DNA of 57,063 nucleotides from IMG/VR virus record IMGVR_UViG_2061766007_002098; one strand, given 5' to 3'. Source of the DNA: an uncultured virus (IMG/VR IMGVR_UViG_2061766007_002098) (taxonomy: Duplodnaviria; Heunggongvirae; Uroviricota; Caudoviricetes). A model generated the notes under the pieces. The model was not told the DNA's origin. It did no database searches and saw only the letters and a program-made list of their open reading frames with translations. Position numbers and translations under genes: made by a program. Shown here piece by piece: positions 1-10,459 of the stretch; position 1 is the stretch's first letter; each line of letters opens with the position of its first letter.

Positions 1-189
1 CTCTAATTAACCAGGAGAAAAGAAGCGGAGGGAATTTTATAAAAAATTCTTTTATGCGTTTCTTGCGTTTCCGCGCATATGTTGTAAAATACGCTCATTA
101 TATACCGCGCTTGCAAGTCCACTTTCTTTCAACAGGTGTTGGCAAAATGTTTGCTAATTTCTACATTGAAAAAGAAACGAGGTGAGTAC

Positions 190-330
190 ATGACTAAAGT
201 CGAACTGGAAAAATTTGTTTCCACGCTTTCGGAGCGTCTGGAAAAAGTCGAAAAGGAAATCGAAGTCCTCAAGACTCCGAAGGTTTCAAATCCTCCACAA
301 CCTCCCACGAGGTCTTTAGTCTTTCGCTAG
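190..330 (+). CDS. small coiled-coil hypothetical protein (phage A)
   Basis: ATG at 190 preceded by GAGGTG; heptad-like LEKFVSTLSERLEKVEKEIEVLK. Confidence 0.5.
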   Translation: MTKVELEKFVSTLSERLEKVEKEIEVLKTPKVSNPPQPPTRSLVFR

Positions 331-339
331 GGGGTCTCT

Positions 340-1029
340 ATGGCTGAAAAAGAAGTAAAGCCTAGAATCCCTACGCGGTCGCCAAAATACGTCCGCAAGA
401 GCGCTAAAAAACGCGCCCCTGCAAGCGGCACCTCAAAGCTCGCAAAACAGTTTATCCCGGAAGCGAAAAGCTACACCGAGAAGATAGGCTTCCTCGGAAT
501 GAAAAGCCGCGAAGATAAAAGACCGCTCTGGGAGAAGCTACAGGACGGCATCCGATGGATGCGGGAAAAGTACACGATCGTGTTCAAGCACCGCTCCGAG
601 TGCGTAGACCAGCACGAATACGAATGCCTGCTTATCACACATTCCGCAATTTCTGATTTCACGGTTTCCGCCTTTATCTTTTCCCTGTTCTCCGAGGTTG
701 AGGAACTCCCCTACATTTCGCATTATTTCAACCCGGTTAAGTACGCCGACGAACTGGTCGACCCTGAACTGAAGGAAAAGTTCAAGGAATCCGTCGAAGA
801 GCTGGAGAAGATTTTCGTACAGACCAAGAAAGACCTACGCAAGTACATTGAGAATGACGCCTATTTCCTGAACGCGCAGACGCGCTCGCACACGATATGG
901 TTCTTGGAGCATTTCTTCAAGTCCGACATCGAGGAACCAGACGCGCCGACATCCGGCAAGGTGGTGTTCGAGATTCAAGTCCCCAACCCGATCCCGCAAG
1001 AGGTACTGGATGCAATGGGGACAAAGTAG
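340..1029 (+). CDS. putative terminase small subunit (phage A)
   Basis: Overlaps the TerL start; basic N-terminus; C-terminal beta-strand KVVFEIQV as in many TerS. Mainly a positional call. Confidence 0.5.
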   Translation: MAEKEVKPRIPTRSPKYVRKSAKKRAPASGTSKLAKQFIPEAKSYTEKIGFLGMKSREDKRPLWEKLQDGIRWMREKYTIVFKHRSECVDQHEYECLLITHSAISDFTVSAFIFSLFSEVEELPYISHYFNPVKYADELVDPELKEKFKESVEELEKIFVQTKKDLRKYIENDAYFLNAQTRSHTIWFLEHFFKSDIEEPDAPTSGKVVFEIQVPNPIPQEVLDAMGTK

Positions 1030-2302
1030 TGATGATAAGCTAAAGATTTCGCCTTTCCAGCAGAAACTGATTTTCAGCGAGAATGAGTTTGTTCTCGCCT
1101 GCTGCGGACGCGCTTCGGGAAAGACATCGGGCGTCACTTGCCGACTGGCGAAGCGTAACGTGGACTACGGACGATCGGCAATGCTCATTGCGCCTACCTT
1201 CGGCCTTATCCGCGAGACGATAATGCCTGCAACGCAGGAATGGTTCGAAAAGTTCCACGTGAAATACAAGGCTAACCTTTCCGAGCATACGATAGAAACC
1301 CGATACGGAAAGATTGTTTTCCTCTCCGGCACGCGCCCGGACTCTCCGCGAGGTTACACGAACCTTGAGGACTTCTACTGCGACGAGGCTGCCTACGTTC
1401 CGAAGAAAGCCATCAAGAACGGATTGCTGGCTTGCCGTTCGAACAAGGGTCTCTCCACTACGCAATGCTACACCTCAACGGGCCTTGCTGGGTCTTACTT
1501 TAACAAGATGGCGAAGGCACCACCAGTAAAGGATCACTTGGTTCTTACAGCTTCCACCTTCGACAACCCCTTTACTACCGACCAGTACAAGCGTACCGTC
1601 TACGAGTCACTCCTGGACACTCCCGCGTTCTTGCGCCAGGAACTTTTCGGGGACCTTGACGCGGAGGAAATGAACCTTGTCTTCCCGCCTTCCAGCTTTG
1701 CGACCATTCGCAGGGTATCGGGAGGGCGTAAGCGTTGCGGCATAGACTTTGCCTACGAGGGCAACGACACGACCTGTATCTTCGTCGTGGACGATTGCGG
1801 CATAGTGGAAAAGAAGATCATCGGCAAGGACAACGGGCGTAAATGCTTCGAAGCCTTCAAGGCCCTGCACCAAAAATGGAATTTCGAGAGCCTTTCGCTC
1901 GACCACACGGGAGGCTTCGATGCAGGCTTTGTCGTGCTTATGGAGCAGGAGAAAATTCGCATACCCGTCAACAAGGTGAATTTCGGGGCGCCTTCGCCCG
2001 ATCCGAAATTCGCGAACATGAGGGCGTACATCTATTTTAACCTCCGCAGGATGATTATGGAGGACGGCTTTTATTTGGGCGACGATGAAGTGGAGGATGA
2101 AATGGTCCCCCAAACGTACTTCATGAACACGTCGGGCCAAATCCAGTTGACGCCGAAAAAGTATATTAAGAGTATAATCGGAAAGTCGCCGGACCAGGCG
2201 GACGCATTGTGCCTCGCCGCATACCGTGGCGACCCGCAACCATTACAGAACGAAAACTATGAGGACGAAGACCTTGTCCCCGCTTCCACAAGGAGTTTTT
2301 AG
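1010..2302 (+). CDS. terL: terminase large subunit (phage A)
   Basis: Walker A CGRASGKT, Walker B FYCDEAA, STFDNPF, RNase H-like GIDFA and SPDQADA motifs. Confidence 0.93.
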   Translation: MQWGQSSDDKLKISPFQQKLIFSENEFVLACCGRASGKTSGVTCRLAKRNVDYGRSAMLIAPTFGLIRETIMPATQEWFEKFHVKYKANLSEHTIETRYGKIVFLSGTRPDSPRGYTNLEDFYCDEAAYVPKKAIKNGLLACRSNKGLSTTQCYTSTGLAGSYFNKMAKAPPVKDHLVLTASTFDNPFTTDQYKRTVYESLLDTPAFLRQELFGDLDAEEMNLVFPPSSFATIRRVSGGRKRCGIDFAYEGNDTTCIFVVDDCGIVEKKIIGKDNGRKCFEAFKALHQKWNFESLSLDHTGGFDAGFVVLMEQEKIRIPVNKVNFGAPSPDPKFANMRAYIYFNLRRMIMEDGFYLGDDEVEDEMVPQTYFMNTSGQIQLTPKKYIKSIIGKSPDQADALCLAAYRGDPQPLQNENYEDEDLVPASTRSF

Positions 2303-2303
2303 A

Positions 2304-3596
2304 ATGGAAGAAATTGAAGAAGTGGTGGAAGAAAGCTTCGCCACGCAGGAAAACCCCGATGTTGCCCTTCCCTCCCCGGAAGAGGAAAGGAAGATTATCC
2401 AGGATATTGTGGACTGTGGACAAAAGTCCAACGATTTCTTCGGAGTCGAAAATGAGCGCAAGCGAGATGACGCCCGCGTCTATGCCGATGTGGAAGTATT
2501 CAACAAGACTGACATGAAGGCAATGACGAATAACAGAGGCCAGGCAAGTGTCAACCCTCTTCCGCTCTACGTGAACGCGACGAAGAACCTTTTCCTCACG
2601 AATCCTTTCGTTGCACAGGTGGAGGGTAGGAACGGCGACACGTTCCGCGAATTCCTCGACCAGCAGCTCCACGAAACCTTTGCCAATTCCGACGCCGACG
2701 CGAGCGTTTTTTCCGAAGGCTTGCAGGACGTGCTGGAAGAGGGCGGCGCCTTTACCTACCTTACGACCGAGGAAGGCCGAATCCAAATCAACCTNNNNNN
2801 NNNNCTCGTCCATTGACGGCGTGAACCTTATCCACTTTTACCGCAAGGACAAGGATGGCGTTTACTTTATCCAGGTTGTAGGAGACAAGGTGATAAAGCG
2901 CGTCTTGTTCCGCAGCCTTTCGTGTCTCCCGGTGGTTCCTATTTTCGGCCAGCGTTTCAAGGATAACGAAAAGAAGTTCTACAAGGGATTTGTCCGCGAC
3001 TCCAAGCACCTTTGCAAGATCGTGAACGGTTGTTACGTTTCTCTCTGGGAAAGAGTGAGCGTTCCGACCGTACCTTACACCTCCGTAAGCATGGAGTCCG
3101 TGGAAAACCTTACGCCGGACTATGAAAACGACCTAGCTCGCTACAAGCGTTACCGCGCATACACAAAGAAGGGCGAAACCTACGTGCAGCTCCCCAAGCC
3201 GGAACGAGTGGACCCGACAGTCGTTACGGCTGACTTGATTCCGATTATTAACGATTCCTTGAACAAGATTTCAAAGATGATCGGAATTCCCGAAGAAGGT
3301 CTCGGTTTCAACGCAGCCGCCGAAGTGCAGAAGACCGCGCAGGAAATTTTGACCCGCTCGTCGGCTCTCGTAACCAACGTGTCGCACTACTACCGACACC
3401 TCCAGCGCTCTATTCAGCACATGGCGGAAATTATCGTAGAACTCCTTTGCATTTACAACGGAAAGGAAAACGTCTACACCATCAAGCTTTTCAAGGGACC
3501 CGAAGACGCGCTCAAGCGTGAGCAACGCCGCCAGCAAATCCTAGCTTTCCAAAGCCTCGCCCCCGATGCGGTCAAGCCGTTACTCTTGGCGGAAGC
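2304..3596 (+). CDS. P22-like portal protein, partial and gapped (phage A)
   Basis: Follows TerL; LPVVPIFG, GFVRDSK and KGPEDALKREQ are P22-portal-like; similar to the portal at 31876. Confidence 0.8.
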
Positions 3597-3674
3597 NNNN
3601 NNNNNNCTCCGGCAAAAATTTGTTTATATTTGGGGTAGGGATAACAGGTTCAACAGCTCTCAAGGAGGCCTACC

Positions 3675-3908
3675 ATGAAGAAGACCATCATCAAGACGGC
3701 GATTGCGGCCGTGTTCTGCCTTTTCGTCTCGGTGTTCGCAAGCGACCAGGACGACTTCTGCCGCGGTTTCGCTGAAGGTTACAAGATCGTCAAGGGAGAC
3801 ATGGCTATCGTGCCTATATGCCCTATAGCGCCGATTACTCCTATCGGCTCGACTCCTTACCNNNNNNNNNNNNNNNNNNNNNNNNNNNNNGCTGCTAACC
3901 GCAGGTAA
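3675..3908 (+). CDS. small secreted Cys/Pro-rich protein
   Basis: AAGGAGG RBS; signal peptide MKKTIIKTAIAAVFCLFVSVFA; FCRGFAEGY...PICPIAP. Confidence 0.7.
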   Translation: MKKTIIKTAIAAVFCLFVSVFASDQDDFCRGFAEGYKIVKGDMAIVPICPIAPITPIGSTPYXXXXXXXXXXAANRR

Positions 3909-3979
3909 CGCACGAACCCCGATAATCTTATGAAAATTCCCTAGCCGGGAACGGACCGCCTACCTGCGTCCCTCGCAGG

Positions 3980-4159
3980 TTATCTCCCCTTCAAGAGCGA
4001 GTCCGTCCCGGCACTTTCTTTTTCCCTGGCCATGAAGCACCGCTCCACGGCGCCAGCTATCCTGCGCAGCGCCTCCCTCTCGAGACCCGGCTCCGATAGC
4101 CCCTTCCTGGCTAGCGCGTATATCAGCGCAACCGCTTCCCTCTGTGTCTGTCCAGGCAT
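3980..4159 (-). CDS. small hypothetical protein divergent from the repressor
   Basis: ORF MPGQTQREAV... with GAAGGGG upstream; lies opposite the repressor across the operators. Confidence 0.45.
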   Translation of the reverse strand: MPGQTQREAVALIYALARKGLSEPGLEREALRRIAGAVERCFMAREKESAGTDSLLKGR

Positions 4160-4224
4160 AGTGCGATTTCCCCTTCGTCTTTCATACCTTTTCGGTGGTA
4201 AATATAGCACAAGTTTTCACGAAA

Positions 4225-4274
4225 TTACAAGTTTTTCTTGTAAAATTATAATATTTTACAAACTTTTCTTGTAA
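4225..4274. promoter_or_regulatory. two palindromic operators TTACAA-N7-TTGTAA
   Basis: Copies at 4225-4243 and 4256-4274 in the AT-rich divergent intergenic region upstream of the HTH gene. Confidence 0.75.
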
Positions 4275-4294
4275 ATATTGCTATATTTCCTTGT

Positions 4295-4621
4295 ATGGAC
4301 GGACTAAATATCAAGGATTTTCTCGCCAGGGAGGGCGAAAGGCTCGGCATCCGCAAGCAGGAGGAACTCGCCGCGAGGCTCGGCGTCACCGACCAGACCG
4401 TATCGAACTGGGTCAAGGGCAAGACTTTCCCGACGCACCAGACCGAGTACAGGCTCCTTACGATGGGCATGACCATCGGGGAGCTTTTCGGTCCAGAGAT
4501 TTGGGAGGCCGTCAAGAGGCGGGTCGCCGCCGAACGGTCCGAGGAGGCCTTCGACAGGAAGACCGACTTCTTCATCAAGAAACTTTTCGACAAGATCGAC
4601 AAACTCGAACCGAGGGGATAA
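4295..4621 (+). CDS. XRE/cI-like HTH repressor
   Basis: KQEELAARLGVTDQTVSNWVKGKTFP is a classic HTH_3 motif. Confidence 0.9.
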   Translation: MDGLNIKDFLAREGERLGIRKQEELAARLGVTDQTVSNWVKGKTFPTHQTEYRLLTMGMTIGELFGPEIWEAVKRRVAAERSEEAFDRKTDFFIKKLFDKIDKLEPRG

Positions 4622-4622
4622 A

Positions 4623-4865
4623 ATGACATCGGAAGAATTCGAAATTTCGTATTGCAAGGGAAAGCGCGAGGCCATGACATGCTTCGCCGACTGGCTCCGC
4701 GACCACATCAAGGTCGCCCAACGCGCCATAGACGACGGCCTCGACAAGGGGAAGGTGCTGGACCGCACCCTTGAGTTCATGGCCGAGGTGGCCGACAGGA
4801 TGGACGGCAAGCTGTCAAAGGAACCCATGCTGATTTCCAAGGAAGTCGCTGAAAAGACGGAATGA
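4623..4865 (+). CDS. hypothetical protein (paralog of 5878-6135)
   Basis: Coupled to the repressor; DGLDKGKVLDRTLE motif. Confidence 0.7.
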   Translation: MTSEEFEISYCKGKREAMTCFADWLRDHIKVAQRAIDDGLDKGKVLDRTLEFMAEVADRMDGKLSKEPMLISKEVAEKTE

Positions 4866-5483
4866 AACCCGAAAACGATACAAAATGTTGAATTTTCCGG
4901 TTTTATTTGCGGATTCTGTAGGATTTTTGCAGAATCTGTGTCTAAAAATCGTGATTTTTTAGACATACGGCAACTCCGTCACGCACTATGCGCATTATGC
5001 GTGTTGACGCGCAATACGGATTTTGGACAGAAACGGCTCTCTAAGCCGTTTTTCTTCTTGGGCGGTAGGAACTACGGGTGAATGCCTAAAACGGCTTTAT
5101 AGGCTGGTTTCGTGCGGAAATTCGGCTATTCCAATGTGAAATGCTCGTTCTCGATTTCATGTAGTGGCGCCTTCGGTCGGTTTTGCGGGTTGTTTTGTGG
5201 TGAATTTGCGAATGGTTTGCAAATCTGTCACCGGAAAAAGGTATATTGGGTGGTGCGGGGTGGACTGGATGCTTGATACACTTGATACACTTTGCTGAAA
5301 AGTTGTGCTTTGTGAAGTGTCAAAAACGCAAGGGTGTATCGTGTGTGTTTATTGACGGGAATCCGGCGCAAGCCGTGTTTCTTTTCGTTTACTTTTTGTG
5401 CCTTTTGAATTTTCGTCAAAATGCGGTTTCTTTTTTTTACTTTACAAAATTGGCTGAATTGACGATAAAAAGAAAAAGACCGT

Positions 5484-5720
5484 TCAAGCGGTCTTCTGTA
5501 ATTTCTTCCTGGCTCGTTTTCGCCTTACGCACTCGGCTATCGTCCGGTGGCACTTCCGTCTGTTCTCCGGGTCCATCAGGTATCGATTCATTCTTGCGAG
5601 ACCGAGACGCCGCACCCTCTCCGCTGCCGTCTCGTTCGGCACCTCTCCCAGCTTCGGCACGAACTCAACTTCGCTAGGCTGCACCGTGACGGTGGTCGTT
5701 ATGCTGCGGGTCTTTTTCAT
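5484..5720 (-). CDS. basic hypothetical protein
   Basis: MKKTRSITTT...; last gene of the minus-strand early operon, with overlapping start/stop. Confidence 0.55.
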   Translation of the reverse strand: MKKTRSITTTVTVQPSEVEFVPKLGEVPNETAAERVRRLGLARMNRYLMDPENRRKCHRTIAECVRRKRARKKLQKTA

Positions 5721-5881
5721 CCAGTCTTCCTTGCGTTGCCAATGAGCCTTTGGTAGCACTCGTAGCAGAACCGCATGCCGCCTACCTTCATGCCGAAGGC
5801 TTCGCCCATCACCGAACCGCAACCTCCGCGGCAGCGGTACATGCCGTATGGGGTCACTTTTTCGACGTTCGTATAGTTCAT
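5717..5881 (-). CDS. small Zn-ribbon protein
   Basis: CRGGC...CYEC; ATGA overlaps with both neighbours. Confidence 0.6.
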   Translation of the reverse strand: MNYTNVEKVTPYGMYRCRGGCGSVMGEAFGMKVGGMRFCYECYQRLIGNARKTG

Positions 5882-6135
5882 CCTTTTTCCTTTTTCCCGA
5901 ACAGCTTGCCGTCCGGCGTGATCCAAAGTTCTATGTCGTGGCCGTCCGCTATGTCGAAGGCGAACTTCTCAACCACCTTCAGCCACTCCAGCGTGCGCTT
6001 GCCGAGCACCTTCGCCTTCTTCAGTCCGTCGCCGGGTGCGTCTGCCGTCGCTATCAGGTACCGCAGGGCCGCGCGGAATCCGCGCACGTAGTCAGGATTG
6101 TAGCGAGCGCCAACATCTTCTTCATCCTTCGCCAT
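5878..6135 (-). CDS. hypothetical protein (paralog of 4623-4865)
   Basis: YVRGFRAAL...DGLKKAKVLGKRTLEW. Confidence 0.65.
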   Translation of the reverse strand: MAKDEEDVGARYNPDYVRGFRAALRYLIATADAPGDGLKKAKVLGKRTLEWLKVVEKFAFDIADGHDIELWITPDGKLFGKKEKG

Positions 6136-6431
6136 AGCCTGCACCTCTCGTTCTCCTGTTCACGGTGTGCTTCGTAGTACCTTTTCTGTTTCGCCTTGCA
6201 CCTTTCCGGGTGCCGTTCCTTGTATCGCCTCGAACGCTCCAGCATTCCCTCGTGTCCCGGTCCGCCTACGCCGTCGTATGCCGACTTGTAGGCCTTGCGC
6301 TTCGTGGTCCTCTCGCGCTGGTTCCGTCTCTTTCGTTCCGCGTCGGCTACTGCCTTGGCGCATGCGATTAAGGACGCCAGCGCGTCCATGGCCGCTATCC
6401 GTTCCCTCGCCTTCGAGTAGACCCCGCTCAT
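6054..6431 (-). CDS. Lys/Arg-rich hypothetical protein
   Basis: Operon position; RRYKERHPE / KRYYEAHRE repeats typical of phage basic proteins. Confidence 0.55.
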   Translation of the reverse strand: MSGVYSKARERIAAMDALASLIACAKAVADAERKRRNQRERTTKRKAYKSAYDGVGGPGHEGMLERSRRYKERHPERCKAKQKRYYEAHREQENERCRLWRRMKKMLALATILTTCADSARPCGT

Positions 6432-6637
6432 CCAAGCTCCAGCTCCATTCCCTTCAGGCGTTCACGAGGTATGTCCTTCGCTATCTCGCGGAGCGCATGC
6501 CACGGGGCGCACCAGCCGTTCAGCGTCAGTATGAGCTGGACACGCTGCGGGCATTCGCCCGTTGTCTTGTTGCGGTACGGGTATATGCGCGCGTACATCG
6601 TCTCCGCGCGGTGCTGTCTTGCAGGGTTCACGGCCAT
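6428..6637 (-). CDS. hypothetical protein
   Basis: Operon position; GAGGGATAG RBS; a variant copy lies near 6843-6903. Confidence 0.55.
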   Translation of the reverse strand: MAVNPARQHRAETMYARIYPYRNKTTGECPQRVQLILTLNGWCAPWHALREIAKDIPRERLKGMELELG

Positions 6638-6640
6638 AGA

Positions 6641-7521
6641 CTATCCCTCCTTGGATTCTTCCTTCTCGAGGTAGTATCCGGTCGGGCGCAGCTCGTTGCG
6701 TTGCAGGGCCTCGTAGTATTCCTTCTCGGCCTTCACCTTCGCCTGGATCTCCTCCTCGGTGTATGCGGGCTCCTCGCCGCACTTTACAAGCGTCTCGTTT
6801 GTACCGCGGAGCATATTCTCGTAGCGCTGCAANNNNNNNNNNTGTACGGGTAAATGCGAGCGTACATCGTCTCCGCGCGGTGCTGTCTTGCAGGGTTCAC
6901 CATGGACTATCCCTCCTTGGGTTCTTCCTTCTCGAGGTAGTATCCGGTCGGGCGCAGCTCGTTGCGTTCCAGGGCCTCGTAGTATTCCTTCTCGGCCTTC
7001 ACCTTCGCCTGGATCTCTTCCNNNNNNNNNNCGGGGTCAGCTTGCGGTCTTCCTCCCATTCCTTGCTTTGTTCGGTGAACTTCTCGGCGCCGAGATGCTT
7101 CTTCCAGAACTTGTCGAGCGACTTTCGGTGTTCTTCCTTCTTGCCGTCGGGCAAGTCACGCCACATCGAGTCCTGCGGACGTGTTATGCTCATCCACCTG
7201 TGATCAGGTCCGCACAATGGACCATCCGTATCGAGCTCGTCGATTGCGCTTTCGTACTGGCCCGGCATGGTGTAGTATTCCGGTTCGAGCGTATTGTATT
7301 CTTTCAGTAGCTGTTCGGCGGTGATGCCGGAATCCGCGAGTTTCTTCTTCTCCTCTTCGCCCATGCCTTCCCACAGGTACTGCTGCATGCTGATGATGTT
7401 GTACAGCTTGAGCGTCGTGTCGAAACGCAGTTTCATCATCTCGTCGTCGAGACGGTCGCTGGTGAAGCCGGGGTCCTTGATCTCTATCGCCTGCTTGAGT
7501 CGCCACAGGCGGGCCTCCAGT
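6641..7521 (-). CDS. hypothetical protein(s), gapped and duplicated
   Basis: ORF pieces 6641-6832 and 7032-7521 with phage-like codon use, separated by N gaps. Confidence 0.4.
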
Positions 7522-7532
7522 TNNNNNNNNNN

Positions 7533-7909
7533 TTTTCTGTTGCCGCCTTCAGGACTTCCTCGGGCGTAGTGTAGGGCGGGTTCATCATTACGGCTTCAAA
7601 GCCTGCCGCATCCGAGTTCATCTGGACTGAACGGCTGAAGAGTTTCTTGCTCTCGTTCAGCAACTCCTTTGCCCGCTTCTCGTCGAACACCTTCTTCAGG
7701 TCGCCCAGCTTGATGTAGTGGCCGTAGAGCAGTCCGAAAAGACGGTTGCGTTCGTTGTTCGCCGTGACAAGCGAGTCGTACAGCTTCTCGCACTTCTTCG
7801 CGAGAGCCACCTCCAGCGGTGTACGCGCTACTTCGCTACCCCCCCCCATTGTTACTTTGTTTGCAATATCCTTCACGTCCTTCATCGTGATTTCCACCAG
7901 CGTCTTCAT
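7533..7909 (-). CDS. hypothetical protein, 3'-partial
   Basis: MKTLVEITMKD... ORF in the early operon. Confidence 0.55.
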
Positions 7910-8238
7910 TTTCCGCTCCTTGCTTGAGGTTCCTGATTTTGGTTTCGAGTTTGGCGTTTTCGGCGCAGAGCTGGCGTATCACCACCTTCTGCGCGTTGAC
8001 GGTCTCGTTGGCGTTGTGCAGCTCGTTCTGGAGTTGCGCGATAAAGAGGTCCTTCTCGTTTTCGGTCATTTCCCGTTCTCCTTTGTTCGTCCGCATCCTC
8101 CCGGACACGCGTAGACTTCGTAGCCCACTTCCACCATCTCGTTTACAGGCCTTTCCCTGCCGCACCTGTAGCAGCGCCCCTTATGTACCTGCTCCGCCTT
8201 TGTCTGGCGGTTCCTCCAGTCTGTCTTGACGCTAAACA

Positions 8239-8622
8239 TCAGCTACCGCTCCTTACCGGTGTCGGCTTCTTCGTGGCGGTCGGTTTCTTGGTCGCAGATG
8301 TTTTCTTATGCTCCCTTGCTTTGTTGAACGATTCCTTCATTCGTTCTACCGCGTCTTCTTCGCCCAATACGTCGGGACACTCTATCAGTTCGATTTTACC
8401 TCCGAACCTTTCCTCTTCGGTCAGATCGGTTTTTGCGTCGCCTTTGGCTTCGGCAAAAGCCTGTTCGAACATGTCGAGTCCGCCCTTCGGCGTTGACATG
8501 AATACCGGCTTCGGTTTCGGTTGCGTCGCTTCCTTGATGGCGGAGACAATCGCCTTCGTCTGCCGTTCCTCGGCGTCGTTTATCGACTGGATGATCTTTT
8601 CGAGATGGTATTCGGTGAACAT
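8239..8622 (-). CDS. hypothetical protein
   Basis: AAGGAATAGG upstream; TATKKP repeats at the C-terminus. Confidence 0.6.
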   Translation of the reverse strand: MFTEYHLEKIIQSINDAEERQTKAIVSAIKEATQPKPKPVFMSTPKGGLDMFEQAFAEAKGDAKTDLTEEERFGGKIELIECPDVLGEEDAVERMKESFNKAREHKKTSATKKPTATKKPTPVRSGS

Positions 8623-8843
8623 TGTCCTATTCCTTGATTTCTTCGCTGTAGACGTTCTTTACCGTAATGTCGAAGCAGTGCATCTTGCCTATAAGGTCCT
8701 TGCATGCTTCGGCTACGTTGTCCGCCTTACAGATGTACGATCTTGTCGCGTCATCTATTGTTATTCCGGCGCTCGTCTGCGGAGAGTAGGTGATTACGTA
8801 CATCCTCATGTCTTGTTATCGGGGTTCGCGTGCGGATGCTGCG

Positions 8844-9878
8844 CTACGCTTCCTTGCAGTTGCCGTATGCGATGAGCCAGCGTCCTATGAAGACGTGGTC
8901 CGTCATGCGCAGGTGCTTCTCGGTGAGCATGTCCCGCTGCGCCTTGACCGCGTCCGCGAAGTTCTCCGGTTCGCACAGTGAGCGGAACTTCGCGTCAAGC
9001 TCGTCCTCGGTGGCCGAGTTCGCCACGAGCTGCGCCTTCGGGGCCGACCTGTACGGCGACCAGCTCTCGCCGCAGCCCATGAACACGGCGCCGAGCTCGC
9101 AGGCCTCCTTGTACTTCAGGTCGCTCTTGCAGCGGTTCACGGTCGTGTCGGCGAGCGGCGCGATGTAGAAGTCGGGACGTATGGCGGTGAGCGCCTTGCC
9201 CCATTCCGGCGGCGTGACTGCGCCGTGTACGGTTATTCGGTTCGCCAGGTGCTCCAGCGGCTTTACTGGCGACGCGAAACAGTGGAAATCAATCTCGCCT
9301 TCCTCCACCTTGTGCCGGAGCCACGGAGACCACGGACCGGCGAAGTCCTCGTCGTGGCCTCCCGCGCCTCCGTACAGCACCACAGGCACCCTGCGAGGCA
9401 TTGCGGGTTCGCCGTTGTCCGTATTCCCGTACATGAAGTCCGCGACGCCGTTCGGCATCACGATGGCCTTCGTTGCGGGGTAGCGGTCGTGGAACTTGTC
9501 CTTCAGCGCCCTTGTAGAGAGTACCGCGCAGTCGAAACCTCGGGAAACCTCGTCCATCAGGTCGCGGCAGTTGTCGTGTACGCACCACAGCGGGTCGTCG
9601 AAGTCAACCACAACCTTGAAGCCGAAGAACTGGCGCTTCTGCGTGTAGTAGGCCACGTAGCCCTTCCAGGCGATGTCGGCGGGGCGAACGATCACGACCG
9701 ACACGAGGCGCTTCAGTTCGCCCACGTCGGTTACTGGCGACGAGCGCAGCTCCACGTGCACGTTCTCGGTCAGCGACGTCGCGTGCATGAGCGTCGGCAG
9801 CACGAACCGCTGGAACCCGCACTGCGTCCTGTCGGTGCCGTGTACTACGATTAGGTCCTTCATAGAAGATGCAGCCAT
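8844..9878 (-). CDS. GT-B glycosyltransferase (phage-type)
   Basis: VVVDFDDPLW, VLSTRALK, MPNGV, YGGAGGHDED and APLADTTVNRCKSDLKYKEACELG motifs. Confidence 0.85.
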   Translation of the reverse strand: MAASSMKDLIVVHGTDRTQCGFQRFVLPTLMHATSLTENVHVELRSSPVTDVGELKRLVSVVIVRPADIAWKGYVAYYTQKRQFFGFKVVVDFDDPLWCVHDNCRDLMDEVSRGFDCAVLSTRALKDKFHDRYPATKAIVMPNGVADFMYGNTDNGEPAMPRRVPVVLYGGAGGHDEDFAGPWSPWLRHKVEEGEIDFHCFASPVKPLEHLANRITVHGAVTPPEWGKALTAIRPDFYIAPLADTTVNRCKSDLKYKEACELGAVFMGCGESWSPYRSAPKAQLVANSATEDELDAKFRSLCEPENFADAVKAQRDMLTEKHLRMTDHVFIGRWLIAYGNCKEA

Positions 9879-10060
9879 GCTAAACCCACTCTCCCTTGCT
9901 TACCTTGTATTCCTCTACCTGCCTGTCGCGGTTGTATATGCTCTGCCCTCGCGCCCTGCGCTTCTTCTGCGCGTCTGTCAGAGTGTAGCCGCGTCCGCCG
10001 ACGTTGTCCGCCACATTCTTCACTTTCGGTATGTCGTTGCAATCTGTCATTCGCTTTCTC

Positions 10061-10459
10061 CTAGTGTATGGGCTTCCATCCTGCGACCCTGTAGTCGCCC
10101 TTGTATTCCGGGTCGTTCATCGGGTCCTCGCTGCACTGGAACTTCCAACATCTTCCGTTGAGGTCCCACCTCGCGATCTTGATGACCTCGATGTCCTCGC
10201 CGAGGTAGTTGAACTTCACCTTGACGAGCGTGTTCTTCGGGTGCAAACGGAAGTATTCTTCCGACGGTGCTCCCGTCACCGGGTCGCACTTGCGCCATCG
10301 CGTGAAGTCGTCCACTACCTTCTCGACGGTTTCCATGCGGAGCGTGTCGATGTACTTGTCGATCTCGGACTTCCTGTAGTAATCGAGGTCCAGGCGCTTG
10401 CCTTCCCTGAAATCGTCCGCAAGCTGTTCGACTTTTATACATTCCGGTTTTTCGATCAT
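10061..10459 (-). CDS. hypothetical protein
   Basis: GGAG RBS; YYRKSEIDKYI...VAGWKPI, DUF551-like end. Confidence 0.55.
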   Translation of the reverse strand: MIEKPECIKVEQLADDFREGKRLDLDYYRKSEIDKYIDTLRMETVEKVVDDFTRWRKCDPVTGAPSEEYFRLHPKNTLVKVKFNYLGEDIEVIKIARWDLNGRCWKFQCSEDPMNDPEYKGDYRVAGWKPIH

